Source: Callorhinchus milii (lineage: Eukaryota). Taken from it: a DNA stretch of 64,000 nucleotides. A program made the translations under genes and the position numbers. The notes under the pieces were generated by a model. The model did no database searches, was not told the DNA's origin, and saw only the letters and a program-made list of their open reading frames with translations. Where the stretch lies: positions 26,662,001 through 26,726,000 of the forward strand of contig NW_024704742.1 of the NCBI RefSeq assembly GCF_018977255.1, in the 5' to 3' direction. Shown here piece after piece: positions 1 through 14,187 of the stretch (position 1 is its first letter; each line of letters begins with the position of its first letter).

Positions 1-2483
1 TCAATACGAACGACAGTCCAGTTTTTGCAGTCATCTCATCTTAAAAAAAATTAATAATATTTACAAATTCAATCTAACTCGTTCCATGTGGAGTTGCTGA
101 TAAGCAACGTGCTTTGGGGAGAATTCCTGGCTCGTATTTGATACTATCCGTTTGGTCTTTTTTAACATATCGCACGGCTGTCATTTTAAAAGTCCTTATA
201 AAGAATAAATGGAAAAAGCTAAGAGAACGGACTTGCATCCTAAAACCACAAATAAGACACCGTGCTTACATTGCAAGAGGTAAGAAAATCTTGAGAATCT
301 CAAGTTCTGAGACATCTCGAAGACGTGATAAGGCGCTATATCAGCTCAAATTATTATTATGTTATTGTTATTACAGGTTATATAAATTTAAGGTGATGGA
401 AAATTATGGTTTAAAAATGAGTTAACAAAATAAAAATCTACGTTTTTTTAAAAATCACTAGAAAACTTTTTTGTAAGACAAAAGCTAGAAACATAGCACT
501 TTGAAGCAATCTTCCCAGTTCATCTTCCAGTCAAACCTACTGACTGTACTGATGACTGACATTTTGCCTGGCAGAAAACTGGTTGTCGTGTTTGCCCACA
601 AAACAGCCATCAAACCACTTTACAGTATTCCCTGTGCAGAGTTTTGGGGCGTTCTCCTGGCATGAATGTACCAAATGTAATAACAAGTGAATATCAAATG
701 TAAGGATTATTATTTCTATTGCTGTTGTTCTCTAGGTATACTTTGCACAGGGATGGATTTGGTGGCCATTACTTGTTCACACATCCAACCCAGAGGGATT
801 AGATGTCCAGCAACAAAAAGCTGTTGGTTCAGCACACAACCCTTTAAATATCTAAAAAAAAACAATCTCCTAAGGGAACCAATTATAAGGCTTGCAAGAG
901 GGAGATTTGTTTTCTTGTTCAATGTCTGAAACCTACGTAGGTCATATTTGGGCAGAGCAGCTCCTTCAAACTGTATCCAGATTGATTTGTAAAAAAAATA
1001 AAATTAAACTTTAATAGAGACCTCCATAGAGCAAACTGCTACTTTTCATGCATTTCACAAGCCCGCTGCACAGGTCTAGGCTGGAATAGACAAAATGCCA
1101 CCGAACTATTCCTGCGTGTAAAGGCAATCAAATATTCTGAACCCTAATTCGGATATGAATGCCTTCATTACTATGATGAACCATCTGTCACACAGGAAGC
1201 ATAATTGATCAATCTGCTGTCATGTTCTTGCTTTCTCTGTTTAGCCTAACTTCCAAGAAATTGTCAGTGTCACAGGCATTCGAGTCGACTCATTGACTGC
1301 TACTCATTTAACTTCAGTGCTGAACCTCCCGTTGCTTGGAAATGCCTAAATAATATTAATACAGAGGTTCACCTGCCCAAAGCCATCTCGGCTCTGCATA
1401 ATAGCTATCTGAATGCTAAGCACTGTTCCGAATACAGAGCTAAATGAGTTACACAATTGACGCTACTGTAACCAATGTAAAGGCTGTTTTTAAATATAAT
1501 AAAGAATAATCTGTGCATTTGATATAGCATCATATCACATCAGGATGCCACAAAGTGCTTCACAGAATATATGAAGACATATTGGATACAAAAGGCAGAT
1601 ATTTTAATCCAAATTTAAGTAAGAGAACTGATTTGTATGACAAAACAATAACTTGGATTTGTGCATCACCCCTTCCCAACATCTTGGGGTATTTTATATA
1701 GACAAGGCCAGGCACTGAATAGGAGGGAGTAGGAAAGAGATGAGTGTAGGCACAGTTGAAAAGGCAGGTAGATTTTAGGCAAGTTTTGAAGACAGATAGA
1801 GAAAAGGTGAAACTTTTGAAGTAATTCCAGAGGGTGAGGCTCAGTGGCTGAAGGCTCAGCTGTTGATGGTGGAGAGATAGAGTGGAAGACATGAAGCAGG
1901 CCGGAATTGACAAAGTGACATGGTTACAGGAGATCCTAGCTATTGGATGGTGCAAAGCCATGGATGCAGATCTTAAAGTTAAAGAAGACCTTTAATAGGC
2001 AGGGATTGCCAACATCAGGGGACCAGGTAACTATTATCTTCCATTTTGTACTACCCGCTTATGTTTTTAAGATGGAAATTTTTCTGACTTCCCAAAGAGC
2101 ATCCACTACAGACTGTGGAGAGTAAAAAAAAGTCTGCAGTTACCAGACTGAACCTCCCAAGAGCCAGGCTGTCAAACGAGAGGTTCTGGAGGAGAGACAC
2201 TGACAATGGTTCACACTCAGCAACATCAAAACTGAGAACGAAGTCTTCCTCAGTGACTGAAGAAATATTAAGATCAGTATAGTTTTCTGCAAGATCCTCA
2301 GGATCAGAGAAAAATTGAAAGAACACCCCAAGGTACACTTCCGTAGGGAACAAGGCAGCATTTAATCACTTTTGTTTGACAGTAATTATTCCTGTAAGGG
2401 AACTTGCTCAACCTCTTATTTTCAAGAATAGCATCAGTGAACTCACTGAAACTGCACTCGAGAGAGGGTGCACTGTCCTTGTC

Positions 2484-2890
2484 AGCTTGGTTCAGGTGGC
2501 ATGTCATCTGGTAGCACTCTCAGCTCTGGTTTGAAGACTGGTTTCAAGCCCTCCTCCCTCCCGGGTTCATAGTCAAGGTTGACTGTGCACTATTGGGGGG
2601 AGTGCTGCATTCTTGAAGGTACCATTGTTAGAATGAGACATTCAATCAAGGTCTCGTCTGCCTTTTCATATCCTAAAACATTATTCATAAAATGAAAGAA
2701 CCATCTGCCAGCACCCTGGCCAATAATACTCTCGATAAATTCATCATCTGCCTCATGGCTATGAGTGGGACTCTGCCAAATACAAATAACTGCCATATTT
2801 CCCTTAAACAAAACAGCCACTACACTTGACTGTATTTCTTGTGAAGCACTTGGACAAGTTTTGACATGAAAAGAAGCTGTATATAAAAAA
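2484..2890 (+). mobile_element. SINE family B, diverged
   Basis: Same head, body and tail order as 13785-14187. Confidence 0.65.
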
Positions 2891-5800
2891 AAGATTTATT
2901 TGCCCTTCCTCACATCGATTATAGTCAGCATTCCAGCAAAGTGTTGAACAGAAAGACATATCTGACTCTGGCAGCACCAATGCCAGAAATGCTGTGAATC
3001 TCAGCAAATGACAAGATTAATTACCATCCTGTTCATGTTTTGCATGATAGCCTCATTGCCCAAGGATCCATTCCTGAAAATGCATTGGCACCACTCATAC
3101 TGTTTGTTGCACGCAACAATTTCAGTAGCAAGCCAGCTTGTGAATGTGTGCATACACCGCAAGCAGAACAGAGATACCTGTCTCTCAGATAGTAAAAGGT
3201 GACAGAGCTTGTAATGCCAATCCGTTGAAACAATTCATCTTCCTTATCAACCAGGTCGGAATGCTCACAGAGCTCTCGTCTCATCGCCTCAAGATGTTGC
3301 TATGTGCAAATCAACTCCTGTGTTCGCCTAAAAATAGTCACTACATTTTACAGGAAACTTCTGAAGCACTTTCAGCTGATTTGATGTGATACGGTTCTGC
3401 ATCAATTGCAAGGATGATGATTATTAATGGTATTATTAATAATAACTATTGAACAAAAGCCTAAAGGTTTCTGGTGTCACTTTCAATCTGAACCGTTTAA
3501 CGGACTAACATTAACCTCGGTAACCTCATGTGCTCTATTGCTGGAATCCACTGAAATGGTAAACAGTATTCTTGAAACATTGGTCTGTTAATAAAGCTAT
3601 ACATAGTAATTGGAAAATGAGTACATAAAGATTTTATTATTCAATAACATTCAACAAACTGAATGACTCATTTTATTTGGTGGAACCCAGAATATTTCTA
3701 TAAGATCTCTCATATCCACCTGAAAAGGCAGACAGGACCTTAGTTTAATTTCTTACCCAAAGAATGGCACCTTTAAAAATGCAAGTGTCCCACAGCATTG
3801 CACTGAAACATCAGCCTAGACTATGAGCTCAAAGTACCACTGTGGGACTCACCACTGTGGAAGTGAATGTTAGTAGGAAATAGATTTGCTTTTATCCTGA
3901 AGCCATTGAAAAACAGAAATATTCTGGTTACTGTACAAGACTTCATATTTCAAAGTTGTGCAAATAAACTTCCCGAAATAATGAAAAGATGAAAGAAACA
4001 TGTAGCCTGTTTCAGGATCCTGCCCTTATTCATTACAAAGACACCTTCAACCCTCACAACAAGAAATCAGACAAGTCTACTTTTCCCTTAAAATATAGCA
4101 CCTCAGCAAGCATGAGAATTCAAACCATAAAATAACAGCACAGAGGAATAGGGCAAGATTTGTTTTCTCACTTTTATGATTTACTTTATGATAAAATATG
4201 CCAGAAATACGCTCCCTGGACATTTATCGGGAATGCATTTGTTACCAATATTCCGGAAGATCTCATGTTTCAACACTCCCGATAATAGAAGTGTAAAATG
4301 ATACAGAAGCTATCAGTCTGAGCAATGCAACAATGTTCCTTTTCCCATCAAATTCTTGCTTTTGCAAACTTTTGCAACTTGAATTTGAGAGGGTGACAGG
4401 TTCTGATAATGGATGGGCTGATTGAGACGAACCATTGGGTATTACTGAACAAAGACCATATCTAGAAACAAAAAACATCTTCTAGGGTCCTTTAAGTTGA
4501 ATGGGTTGGAATCTACAACTATTATGGAAAACAAACAAAAATACATCTTTTATAGCCATCCGAATAATCGAAAAACAGCAGAATAAAGCAATCAAGGTCA
4601 CACAGGCTGCCGCTTGTTGATGTCAGTTTTGATCATCTCAACTTTGAGAAATATATACCGGAGTCAGTTCCAGCTGACACTGAGCTAGAAAGAGTGTGAC
4701 AATTTAACAGATCACTATATTTTAAGACCATCCTGAAGAGACGTTTGTAGGTTCAGCTGTCAGAATATCATTGCAATTCAAAATTCAATCAATAATCCAC
4801 AAGCAGAATATACTTGTACAGAAAATATTTTTCTCAGAATGGTTTGATTTCATTTTTCTCAGAATTTTGATCTCAAATTAATGAAGACAGAAGATTAACT
4901 TTCCAACCAAATACTTTGCAAAAGGCTAGATGCCTCTCTCCCCCCATCCCACTCCACCCACCCCACACGCACACAAATTGTCTCTTTCCTTTCTCTCCTC
5001 AAGATCTTGAATATCAAAGGTAAGCATTATTATTACTTTATCCCTTATATGATACTTGAAAGGCACTTTGTCCAGATAATAAGTTGGAATTATATTTTCA
5101 TGAACGAAGAGAATACAAAGTACACCTGACACAGAGTAAAGATCAATTTAACACATCTTATAGTTCTACAGTATTAAAATGGAAAGAGGAAAGTTTACAG
5201 CCCCAAGTAAGCCATTTGTCACACAGTCACTTCACAGTATATCCTGTGTAGCACTTTGGGTTGTCCTGACAATGTGAAAGGCACTCAACTTGTTGTTGTT
5301 GTACAAAATTACATTTGCAAAGCGCCTTTCACGTCAGGAGGACGTCCCAAATGTAAGGATTATTATTATCATGAGTAGTAGTATGTCTGTACCATACCTC
5401 CTTCCACCAACGTTATTTGCTCCAATCTCTTTCCTTACAACCTTCAATATTCTTTTTACTGAGCATTTGTGTAATTCCTTTTCAATTGCTGTTACGAACT
5501 CGGCTGTAAATGACTATTTGTGGGAAGCTATGCCACATTCTATTAACCCTCTGTATAATACATTTGTTTTCTTATCTCACCCTTTTCTCTTCTGATGATG
5601 ATTCTCAATTTATGACCTTTTCTTATTAACTCATCATTCAGATGAAATTATCTGGCTTTCTTTACCCATCAGATCCATTCATAAGCTAAAAGGTTCTGAA
5701 GGAACCACCCTTCCCTCTTAACTTTCTTTTCTCCGGTAACAAAGGATCCCTACTTTCTACTCTATCCACATAACATCCTTTTGGTCCCTTAGTTTTAAAC

Positions 5801-7349
5801 TTTCCCCGCTACTCTCTTACTGTTAAAATATTGCAAGAATTTGTTGCTGTTTTTCACGGCTTCCCTGGCCAACAATCCCCCAGATGAAATTGGTCGTTCA
5901 CTTCTTGTTTCTATGAGGGACACTGCTGTGGCAAACTGGCTGCTGCATTCGCCTGCAAAAATAGACAGTCACAACACTTTACAGTAAATCTTGTGAAGCT
6001 CTTTGAGATACCAGCCCAAAGTGAAAGTCGCTATAGCAAAATAAGAATTATTGTAGGGTTATAAAAGTCACCATTGAGACCTCTTGCACAAGTATATGGT
6101 AAATATCACTCCATCATCCACAGCTCCTTTATAGCTATTCCTCCACCTTACAGCATTATAATACTGAACAAACCGAGCTTAAGCAAAATACAAGACATCA
6201 ATAATGTTCCAGCTGTACATCGGTCCAAAATCTCCACCCACAAGAGGTCCATTCCATCTATTCCAATAAACCCCATTGGAGGAAGGTGAATAAGTGCTGT
6301 AAAATTTGCATAAGTCTCATCTTTGGAAATTGTATAATTGCCAAAGTCGTACATTCATCCGAGTCCCAATCAGTTTCCTATCAAAACCATTTAGATTTCT
6401 TTACACTATTTGTGTTATTCACCTCCTAACTCGTAATACCACTCCCCTACCTTCCATTACTCCCACACGCTGCTTCAATCGCAGGAAATTATGTCAGATT
6501 TCCTTCGACATACAGTTAGCTTGCAAATCAGACTTTGCGCAAATCATATTAAATATTATGGTCCCGACTGGTACGACTTGTGAGTTTCATTGTTTCTACA
6601 GTAGAAGACCCATTTTATCAATATCACAATCTCCAACACTGAACAAACATTACAAACCAGAGAAGCAGGAATAAGCCACTTAGCCTGTCAAGTGTTTTAT
6701 TAGATCAAGGCAGCTCTCATATCTTGAATCCCATTTCCTGAGAATTTAGCTCTCATTAACTATTTTGCATCTATTGCCTTCTGAGGCACAGCAATCCACA
6801 TCTCTCGACCCTTTGTATGAAGAAAGGTTTTCTATATGACAATATTTCTAGTACCTTTCCTTTATGAAGCGCTAGCTTCATAATGCTTCATGAATGATCT
6901 CCGCATATAATGTTGTGAAGAGATTCTATTGTATTATTCACTTGCTGCAAGAAGAATGTCTAAAAGCTCTTTTTTTTAAAACTCGTTACATTTGCAGCTG
7001 ACATGGTATAAATTGATTTTTCAATGGTATTCCTTTACTCACAGCATTTTATTCCTTGGTGTCAGTCACACGAGTGTTCATTAAACGCAGTGAAACTGAA
7101 TCAATAGGGCAATACAATCTCAACATATGAAATTGTCTCTCACATTTTATCATGATGATTTAGATTTAGATTGAATCCTGTAATGTATCAAATTAATCAA
7201 TTCCTGACTATATAAGTAATCAAGGTAATTTTTTTCTTCTTTAGTCACTTTGCTCGCCCGTTACATTATTTGTTTTAAATTATCTTTTTCACCAAACCTG
7301 ATAAAATTGACTATATCTGGCCTCCCACCCTTTTTTTAAAAAAAAATAG

Positions 7350-7630
7350 CTGGAGGTGTCGTCCTTTAGATGTGACGTTAAACCAAGGTCCCATCTGCCT
7401 GTTCAGGTGGATGTTAAAAGATCGCATGGCACTATTCAAAAAGAGAAGGGGTTTCTCCCGGTGTCCTGGCCAAAATAAAATTGCTCATTCACTCCATGGC
7501 TGTTTCTGGGACGCTGTTGTGTTCTTCCACAAATATACGGTCACTACACTTTACGGCAAATCCTGAAAAGCGTTTGAGGCGTCGTCCCAACACGACAAGG
7601 CACTATACCAAATGCAAGATTGTTTATTAC
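7350..7630 (+). mobile_element. SINE family B, 5'-truncated
   Basis: Body, Deu core and tail. Confidence 0.75.
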
Positions 7631-8168
7631 TCTAAAGTATTGCTCTGGGTTTACCGTTGCAGCCCCCTGGCCAATTATTTGTTTTGCGAAATATAAATAT
7701 TGTCTTTTTTCCATCACGCCCTCCCTCCCCCGGTATCATATGTAGTAAACCTCCTGCTTTCCTATAAACATCAGTGGTGTGAAAGTGGCACCTGTAGTGC
7801 ATCCTCTTGAGCAGCAGAGAGCATCACCGCACACCTGAAATAAACATAGAATGCCCTGTTGAGCACCAGAGGGCACCAGTGCACACCTGACTCCCAACAC
7901 AGTGCTGGCTGCAGTCAGTGGCCACGATCGGACTCTTTCTTATGTCAGCCAGTTTGTTGATGTCCATTACCTTTCTGTTTAGCAGGGGTTTGCTGTCTAA
8001 CATGTTACTGTGATTCTTCTTTGGGGTTTTTTTTTGGAGTGGAAGGGAGGGAGAAAAAAATTCTGGTCATTCAGATTCATGACTGTTCGTGGGACACTCT
8101 TGTGAACACTTGGCTACTGCTTTTCGCCCACAAAATACACAATTTACTTTATAGTATATTCCAGTATA

Positions 8169-8470
8169 GTGGAGTCCTGTAGCTCAGTGGTTAGAGCACT
8201 GGCCTTGCAAGTGAGAGACCCGAGTTCGATACCCGGGCAGGACAAAATGTTGGGCAAGTTTCCTTACTCCACACGCCTCTGTTTACCTAGCGGTAAGTAG
8301 GAACCCAGTTGTTAGTCGATTGGCGGATCACTTTTCCAGGGGTTATAATTCCTTCAAAAAAATCTAATAATTTGGTCACTCAATCTACAATTGTTTGTGG
8401 AATGCTACTGTGCACAATTGGCTGCCGTGTTTTGCCCACAAAATATACAGTCATTTCACTTTACAGTATA
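8169..8470 (+). mobile_element. tRNA-derived Deu-domain SINE, family A (tail missing)
   Basis: Head GTGGAGTCCTGTAGCTCAGTGGTTAGAGC (A box), GTTCGATACC (B box), core gctactgtgcacaattggctgcc. Confidence 0.85.
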
Positions 8471-8630
8471 AACAAAATCAAAATACCGCAGATGCTGGAA
8501 ATCTGAAAACAAAAACAGAAGTCGCTGGGAACACTCAGCGGTCAGGCAGCATTTGTGGAGAAAGGAAAGTGAGTCAACGTTTCGGGTTCCACAAGCATCA
8601 CTCGGGTTCTGACGAAGGGTCGTGGACCCA
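8471..8630. mobile_element. Penelope-type terminal repeat fragment with degenerate hammerhead motifs
   Basis: gcagatgctggaaatctga...actcagcggtcaggcagcat...aacgtttcgggt...CTGACGAAGGGTCgtgGACCC. Confidence 0.5.
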
Positions 8631-9419
8631 GTACTTCATTCATCTCTGGGATTACTGAAACCCTGCCTCTCTTTACACCAAAATGCATTCTCTCTGTCAA
8701 TTTGGAGCCTCTTCTGTTTACTGTGTGAAGCTTATAATACAGGAGAAGGTCATTCGACCTATTGTGTCTATGCTGGTACTAGCTTCCCCGCTGTAGCTAT
8801 GCACTCTAATCCTATTCCCATGCTCTTTCCCTCAAGCCGTTTTATGTTTTTGTTAAGTGTAACCTTCAATTTCATGGACTTGGTTTCAACAGCCATTTGT
8901 GGTAAATCACGCAAAACATACTTTGGTTTCAATTTGTTTTTCATGTATGTTGGTGCCCTCCCAACTCACCCCCCTCCAAAGACAAATGCGGGCTTTAATA
9001 TTTCAAATGCCGGAGTCAACCCAGGATCTCTGTCAAGATTTACAACGTCAAGATTGCCCTGTTTTAAGAAAAAACATATTTGCAACCTTCTTCTCTGCTT
9101 CCATGACAACTCGTTATTACAGGGCAGATGCGATGGGCTCATAAATTTACATTCACTCCTCGTTTACAGAGACAGGTTGGACAGAAGGTGTAGCATGCAT
9201 CCTACTTTTACAATAAAGATGTGCTCCAAGCACCGCCCTTGGTGCAATAAAAATGATTAAATCATACTGCATAATCCTGACGAACAGCAACAGCAGGATC
9301 ACCTGAAGGAGGTAGTCTTACTCCATTACTGATGCAATGTAAACACAGCTTGTACAGACACAGCTATTTAAGCTTAATATAAAGGTAAAAAAAAACATGC
9401 TTCCTTTTCCAAGCTCCGT

Positions 9420-9842
9420 GAACTGATCACCCTAATCCTCGCCCGGCGCTACTGGCTCCCCCTCCCTCAGAGGATCGAGTTTAAAATCCTCGTCCTTACT
9501 TAAAGCCCTCCACAGTTCTGCTCCTCCCTACCTCTGCGATCTCCCAACAACATACCAACCTGTCTGCTCCCTCCGTTCGACCTGCTTCATGTCCCCCACC
9601 CCACCAATGGTAGCTTTTCTATCCCCACACTCTGGAACTGCATCCCTGAGTCTGTCCCCCTCACTCGCCTTATTCAATGCCCATTTCAAGCCCATCCTCT
9701 TTGACCGCGTCTTCAGTCAAACTCCCATCCCTACCTCCCCCCTACCCTCCAACCCTCATGATTCCAACCCTGCTGACTGTCCAGCACCTTGCGACATACT
9801 TCCGATGTAAAAGGGGGTATACATATGTAACTTTTGTTGTAT
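9420..9842 (+). mobile_element. L2 LINE 3' fragment
   Basis: Similar to 60540-60970; ends in ttgttgt. Confidence 0.75.
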
Positions 9843-9924
9843 TCTATCCTTCCTCCCCATAAAGAGGTGGGCTACAGCACTCTCCAGTGTTGCAGCAAGT
9901 TATGCAATGAGTTATACAGACCAG

Positions 9925-10200
9925 AAAATTGCAACCAGGAGAGCAGTCTGTGTGCTGTGCTCCAATTTGCCTCCATGCCTATAGGTTACAGTAGGAGAAA
10001 TTGAGCCAAAAATGTAGGTTAAAATTATAAAAGGATTTAACAGGGTGGACTTTAATAGGTGCTTGCTGCTTGTTGGTGAGTCCAAAACAAGAGGGTATAA
10101 ATGCAAGACAGCCACTGGCAGATCTTAAAGGGAGTTTAGGAGGAAATTCTTTAGGCAGACGGTGGTGAGAATGTGAACCCAGGCCAAATATGGAATCCAT
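9925..10200 (+). mobile_element. CR1 LINE 3' fragment
   Basis: Degenerate similarity to 29280-29570 and 49830-49960. Confidence 0.6.
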
Positions 10201-10744
10201 GGAACTGTACATATCAGGAGAGGCATTAGGTGTCATGAGAAATCAGTGTGCATCATCCTGGCTCAGTTAGCAATAACAACAAAATTGCATTTATATAGCG
10301 CCTTTCATGGCAGGAGGACGTCCCAAGGCCCTGCCAGCACTTTCAACTCAGTCAGAAGGTTAACTTCTGGACTCATTATCTAGAGTACTACAATGCAGTG
10401 CTGGGCGTGTGCTGTTTGATGTGCCATACTTCAGTCAAGATGTTACACAGAAGTCCCTTCTGCCTGTTCAAATGGAAGAACGATCCTATGGCACAAAAGG
10501 ATTTTCTTCCAGTGTCCTAACCAACCATCTCCCACTTCATAGGGTTTTCATGGGACACTGCTGTGTCCAAATTGGTTGCCGAACTTACCTACAAAATACA
10601 CAGTCACTACACTATGGTATATCCTGTGAAGCGCTTGGAGACTTCCTTCTGATGTGAAAGACAAATGTAGGGATTATTTATTAATTCATCATCCTTTGAG
10701 ATACTTACACTACCTCCTTTAATGAAAATAACTTTTGCATCAGA

Positions 10745-11030
10745 AAGGGAGGGAGGGTTTGTGTAGCGCCTTTCATGTCTGGAGGATGTCCCAAAATGTT
10801 GGACAGTCAGGGATTTGGACCCGATCTGGGGGTAGGGATTAGGAGGGGTGGAGGGCAAGGTTAGGAAGGTGACCGAAGAAGCGGTTGAAGAGGAGGATCT
10901 GGAGACAGGCCTTGAAGGAGGCAAGGGAGGGAGCAAGGTAAAGGGAACGTGGATTGGAGTTCCAAAGGGCAGGGGGCAGAGAAGCTGAAGGCCCAACCGC
11001 CGATAGTGGGGCAGGGCCACATGACTGAGG
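10745..11030 (-). mobile_element. L2 LINE 3' fragment
   Basis: Reverse complement resembles the L2 fragment at 14510-14784. Confidence 0.75.
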
Positions 11031-13784
11031 AAATTGAGAAAATTTCGCAAGGGGAGACAAAGCTATACATAAATATAAATGTTAACTTCCGAGGGAAGTT
11101 TTATCAAGTGAGAAAAAAATGCAGTCTTCACAAGCAAATGTTGTTAATGAGCGAATTTTGAAATCCATCTTTTTTTTAATATTTGAAAAAAATCACTGGT
11201 GTAGATTTTAGCTGAATTTAACATTGACAGCAAAATGATTTACTTTCTAATTTTGTGTTAAAAATTAAATTGATTGGAAAAAAAAGTGTTTATTGCCAAA
11301 TATGTGAGAAATGTAACCTCCAAGAAAAAGATCATCTCCAATAATATTAAAATGCAATCTGTACCATGGTAATGAGGTCTATCGCACTCTGTTTAACCTT
11401 CAGTCTGTGTGTGTCAAGCAGTCGTGATGGATACAGCAGCCATGCAAAGGAGGTTATTTTTAGCATTGGCACCTGCAGGCAAGTCCAGCCCTATTGCTTC
11501 CTGCCAGTTTCCTGAGAAAATGACTTGAAATTCAAGCCAGGGTTCCTCCCCCCACCCCCCCATTCACGATGGAAAGAACACAATTTTGTTTTTAAGAAAT
11601 CTAATAGGTGTCCTTGTACAATGTCAAATTAAGCTAAAACCTACCCTAATGATTTTTGTTTAAATATGAGTAAAAAGATGGATTTCAAAATCTGCTCGCA
11701 AGCAAACATAACACTATAGCACACGCTCTGAATGATGTGCTTAACCCACATTATCCAGAATTAAATGATGTCTTGGATACTTGTCAGGCTGGGAATGCAA
11801 TTCCCCCCACCCCACCCTCCAAATCATCATTTGGGTACCATAGTCCAATTCATGCTAAAGTCCTCTCTGCCCTTTCCTAACAATGGGGTCTAAATGGTGG
11901 CCATCTGCAATGAGGTTCCATACTGAGGCTCGAAGTCACAAATGTGAACTTCAACCCAATGCAATCTGCTTCCTCTGCAGGGTTTCTGGGTATCAGCATG
12001 ATTTACTTTCAGTTATTGGAAAGAGTCCCCATTTGCAACTTAGTCTTTATAAAGGAAACCCATTGCAACTTGTATCCGACAACCTGCCCTTATATACAGT
12101 AGCTCCTTTCAGATAGATTGAACATCTTGAAATGCTTCTCAAAGATGATGGGATCATCAAGGAGGGAGAAATTTGAGGGTGTTGACAAAAAGCATAGTCA
12201 AGAGATGTGCCTCCAAGGAAATTTTGAATATGGAGAAAAGTTAAATGATACAAAACATGACGTTTTTTTAAAAAAGATTTTTTTTAAAGATGATGAAGAT
12301 CATTAAAGGTACTTTGTTGAGACGTTGAAGGGACATCCAGGTGTATCCAAACATAAAGCAATGGAAAATCAATTACACAGAACTCTGTGAAGCTGTAAAG
12401 TTAAATGACATTTATAGACTGTGGCGCATCTATAAGACTCTGTAAGAGTCTTTTGCATACAATCATCAAAAGCTTTATGAATCATTTTATTGTCTCATCA
12501 CAACCTGGATGAATTTAACAAAAGTGCCATTTCATGTTCTGCCACTGCACCACCATTTAAAATGCGAGAATAATGAATTGGATTAGTCACTCTTTTGAGG
12601 ATACTCATTTGCAGAACAGAACAGTTCTTCACACTGTCAAAGTGTAAACAAGATGAAAAGCGCTACTTTGCACAACAATACTGCTACATAATTTCAAACA
12701 TAAGCACAGGAGATGTAACATTAGGACTTGAATCCAAAGATGTTAAAACCACATACATATCATAAATCAAAGGGAGTACAGCCAGGCGGTACCTCTCAGG
12801 TGTCGTGTGTTATGAATCCCAAAGCTCCTCAAATTTGATTTCACGTTGCTGTTTTTGGAAACAATAAATAAATTTATGCTGCAACCTGTAAACTGAATGA
12901 CACATTTGTATTAAATGTAGAAACAGAGCAAGCAAAAATACAACCATTAAGAAACGATGCATTAAACAGATTGCTGAACCTTTCAGTCAAAATTAACATC
13001 AATACTGTAAATATCAACGCAAGACATTACCTGTAACAACCAAGCTTTAACCGAGAGGTAATCTGCCAAAGCGCAGTCTTCATTCAATTTCACTGAACAG
13101 AATCATTTCAACACATCGTAACTTGGTTAATTCATTACAGAGGCAAAGAACTAGTTAGTGCTGTACAAAATGCATTTCACTGGGAAGAAAACAGGAAAAC
13201 AATCATATAGATCAAAACTGACAGCCCAAACAGTCTAAATATTTGTTGATATCTAGTGTAAACAACAATCTACGACAGACACTTTCACATTAGGAGTACG
13301 TCTCAAAGGATTTCATACAACTGACTGGGAGCCTGATCTGGAAACAAACCCTCAACCCCTTTCCTCCACTCCTTTGACATGATGTTTGACCTGAAGCCGG
13401 CCGAATCCTCTGACCACTGGCATTGCTGCCCTAGGTCCAGGGTCAATCCAAAGCACGTGGCAATACGGGGCATCCAATGTAGCTTGGCATGTTCCATTAC
13501 TGACGCAGAAGATACACCAAATGGGCTCTTTCTGTACTAACAGGATAGGTTTATGTGCTTCCACACATGCGGCAACACACTGCGTTATGTGTAACGTGTA
13601 CATGGGGAACAGGAACCCGGAAAAGATCAACGATTCTTAAAACAAAGTGTTCACAATTTGCCTCGCTGAACTGTCAGCGCCTCCACTTCTGCATCACTCA
13701 CTCGTTGTGCAGCAACATGCACAGCCTAAATCCAGTAGGAAGGCGAATGAGAGTAGATGAATTTGTACTATTATTAAGCATTCT

Positions 13785-14187
13785 AACTCAGAGGCGCAGT
13801 GGTAGCACTCTCGTCTTCAAGTCAGAAGGTTGTGGGTTCAAAGCCCACGTCAGGACTTGGAATCACACAGTCTGAGAGTGTGCTGTCGGAGATGGCATCC
13901 TTCAGATGAAACATTCAGCCCAGGTCCCGTCTGCCTGATCAGGTGGATGTTAAAGATGCCGTGTTAAAGAATGGAGTTTCTCCTGATGTCCTGGCTAATA
14001 ATCCCTCAAATAAAATTGGTCACTCACATCATGGCTCTTTTTGGGACATTGCTGTGCACAAACCGGCTGCCACATATGCCCACAAAATATACAGTTCACT
14101 CCCCTTTGCAGTATAGCCTAGAAGTGCTTTTAGACATCTCAACGACATGATAAGACGCTATATCAAATGCAAGCATTATTATTATAT
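13785..14187 (+). mobile_element. Deu-domain SINE family B (SacSINE1/AmnSINE-like)
   Basis: tRNA-like head ggtagcactc...gtcagaaggttgtgggttcaa; body caggtggatgttaaagat; Deu core; ATT tail. Confidence 0.8.

Noticed and set aside
2051..2361. Acidic 100-aa minus-strand ORF near a GTAACT donor as a B55 alternative exon
   Set aside because: No recognisable homology, and the frame giving a phase-1 junction has a stop shortly upstream
8169..8242. tRNA-like sequences (also ~16320-16393, 53970-54045, 63460-63530)
   Set aside because: Each runs directly into a SINE body; these are SINE heads, not tRNA genes
8622..9260. 212-aa plus-strand ORF
   Set aside because: GTG start, overlaps repeat debris, no recognisable domain; likely chance
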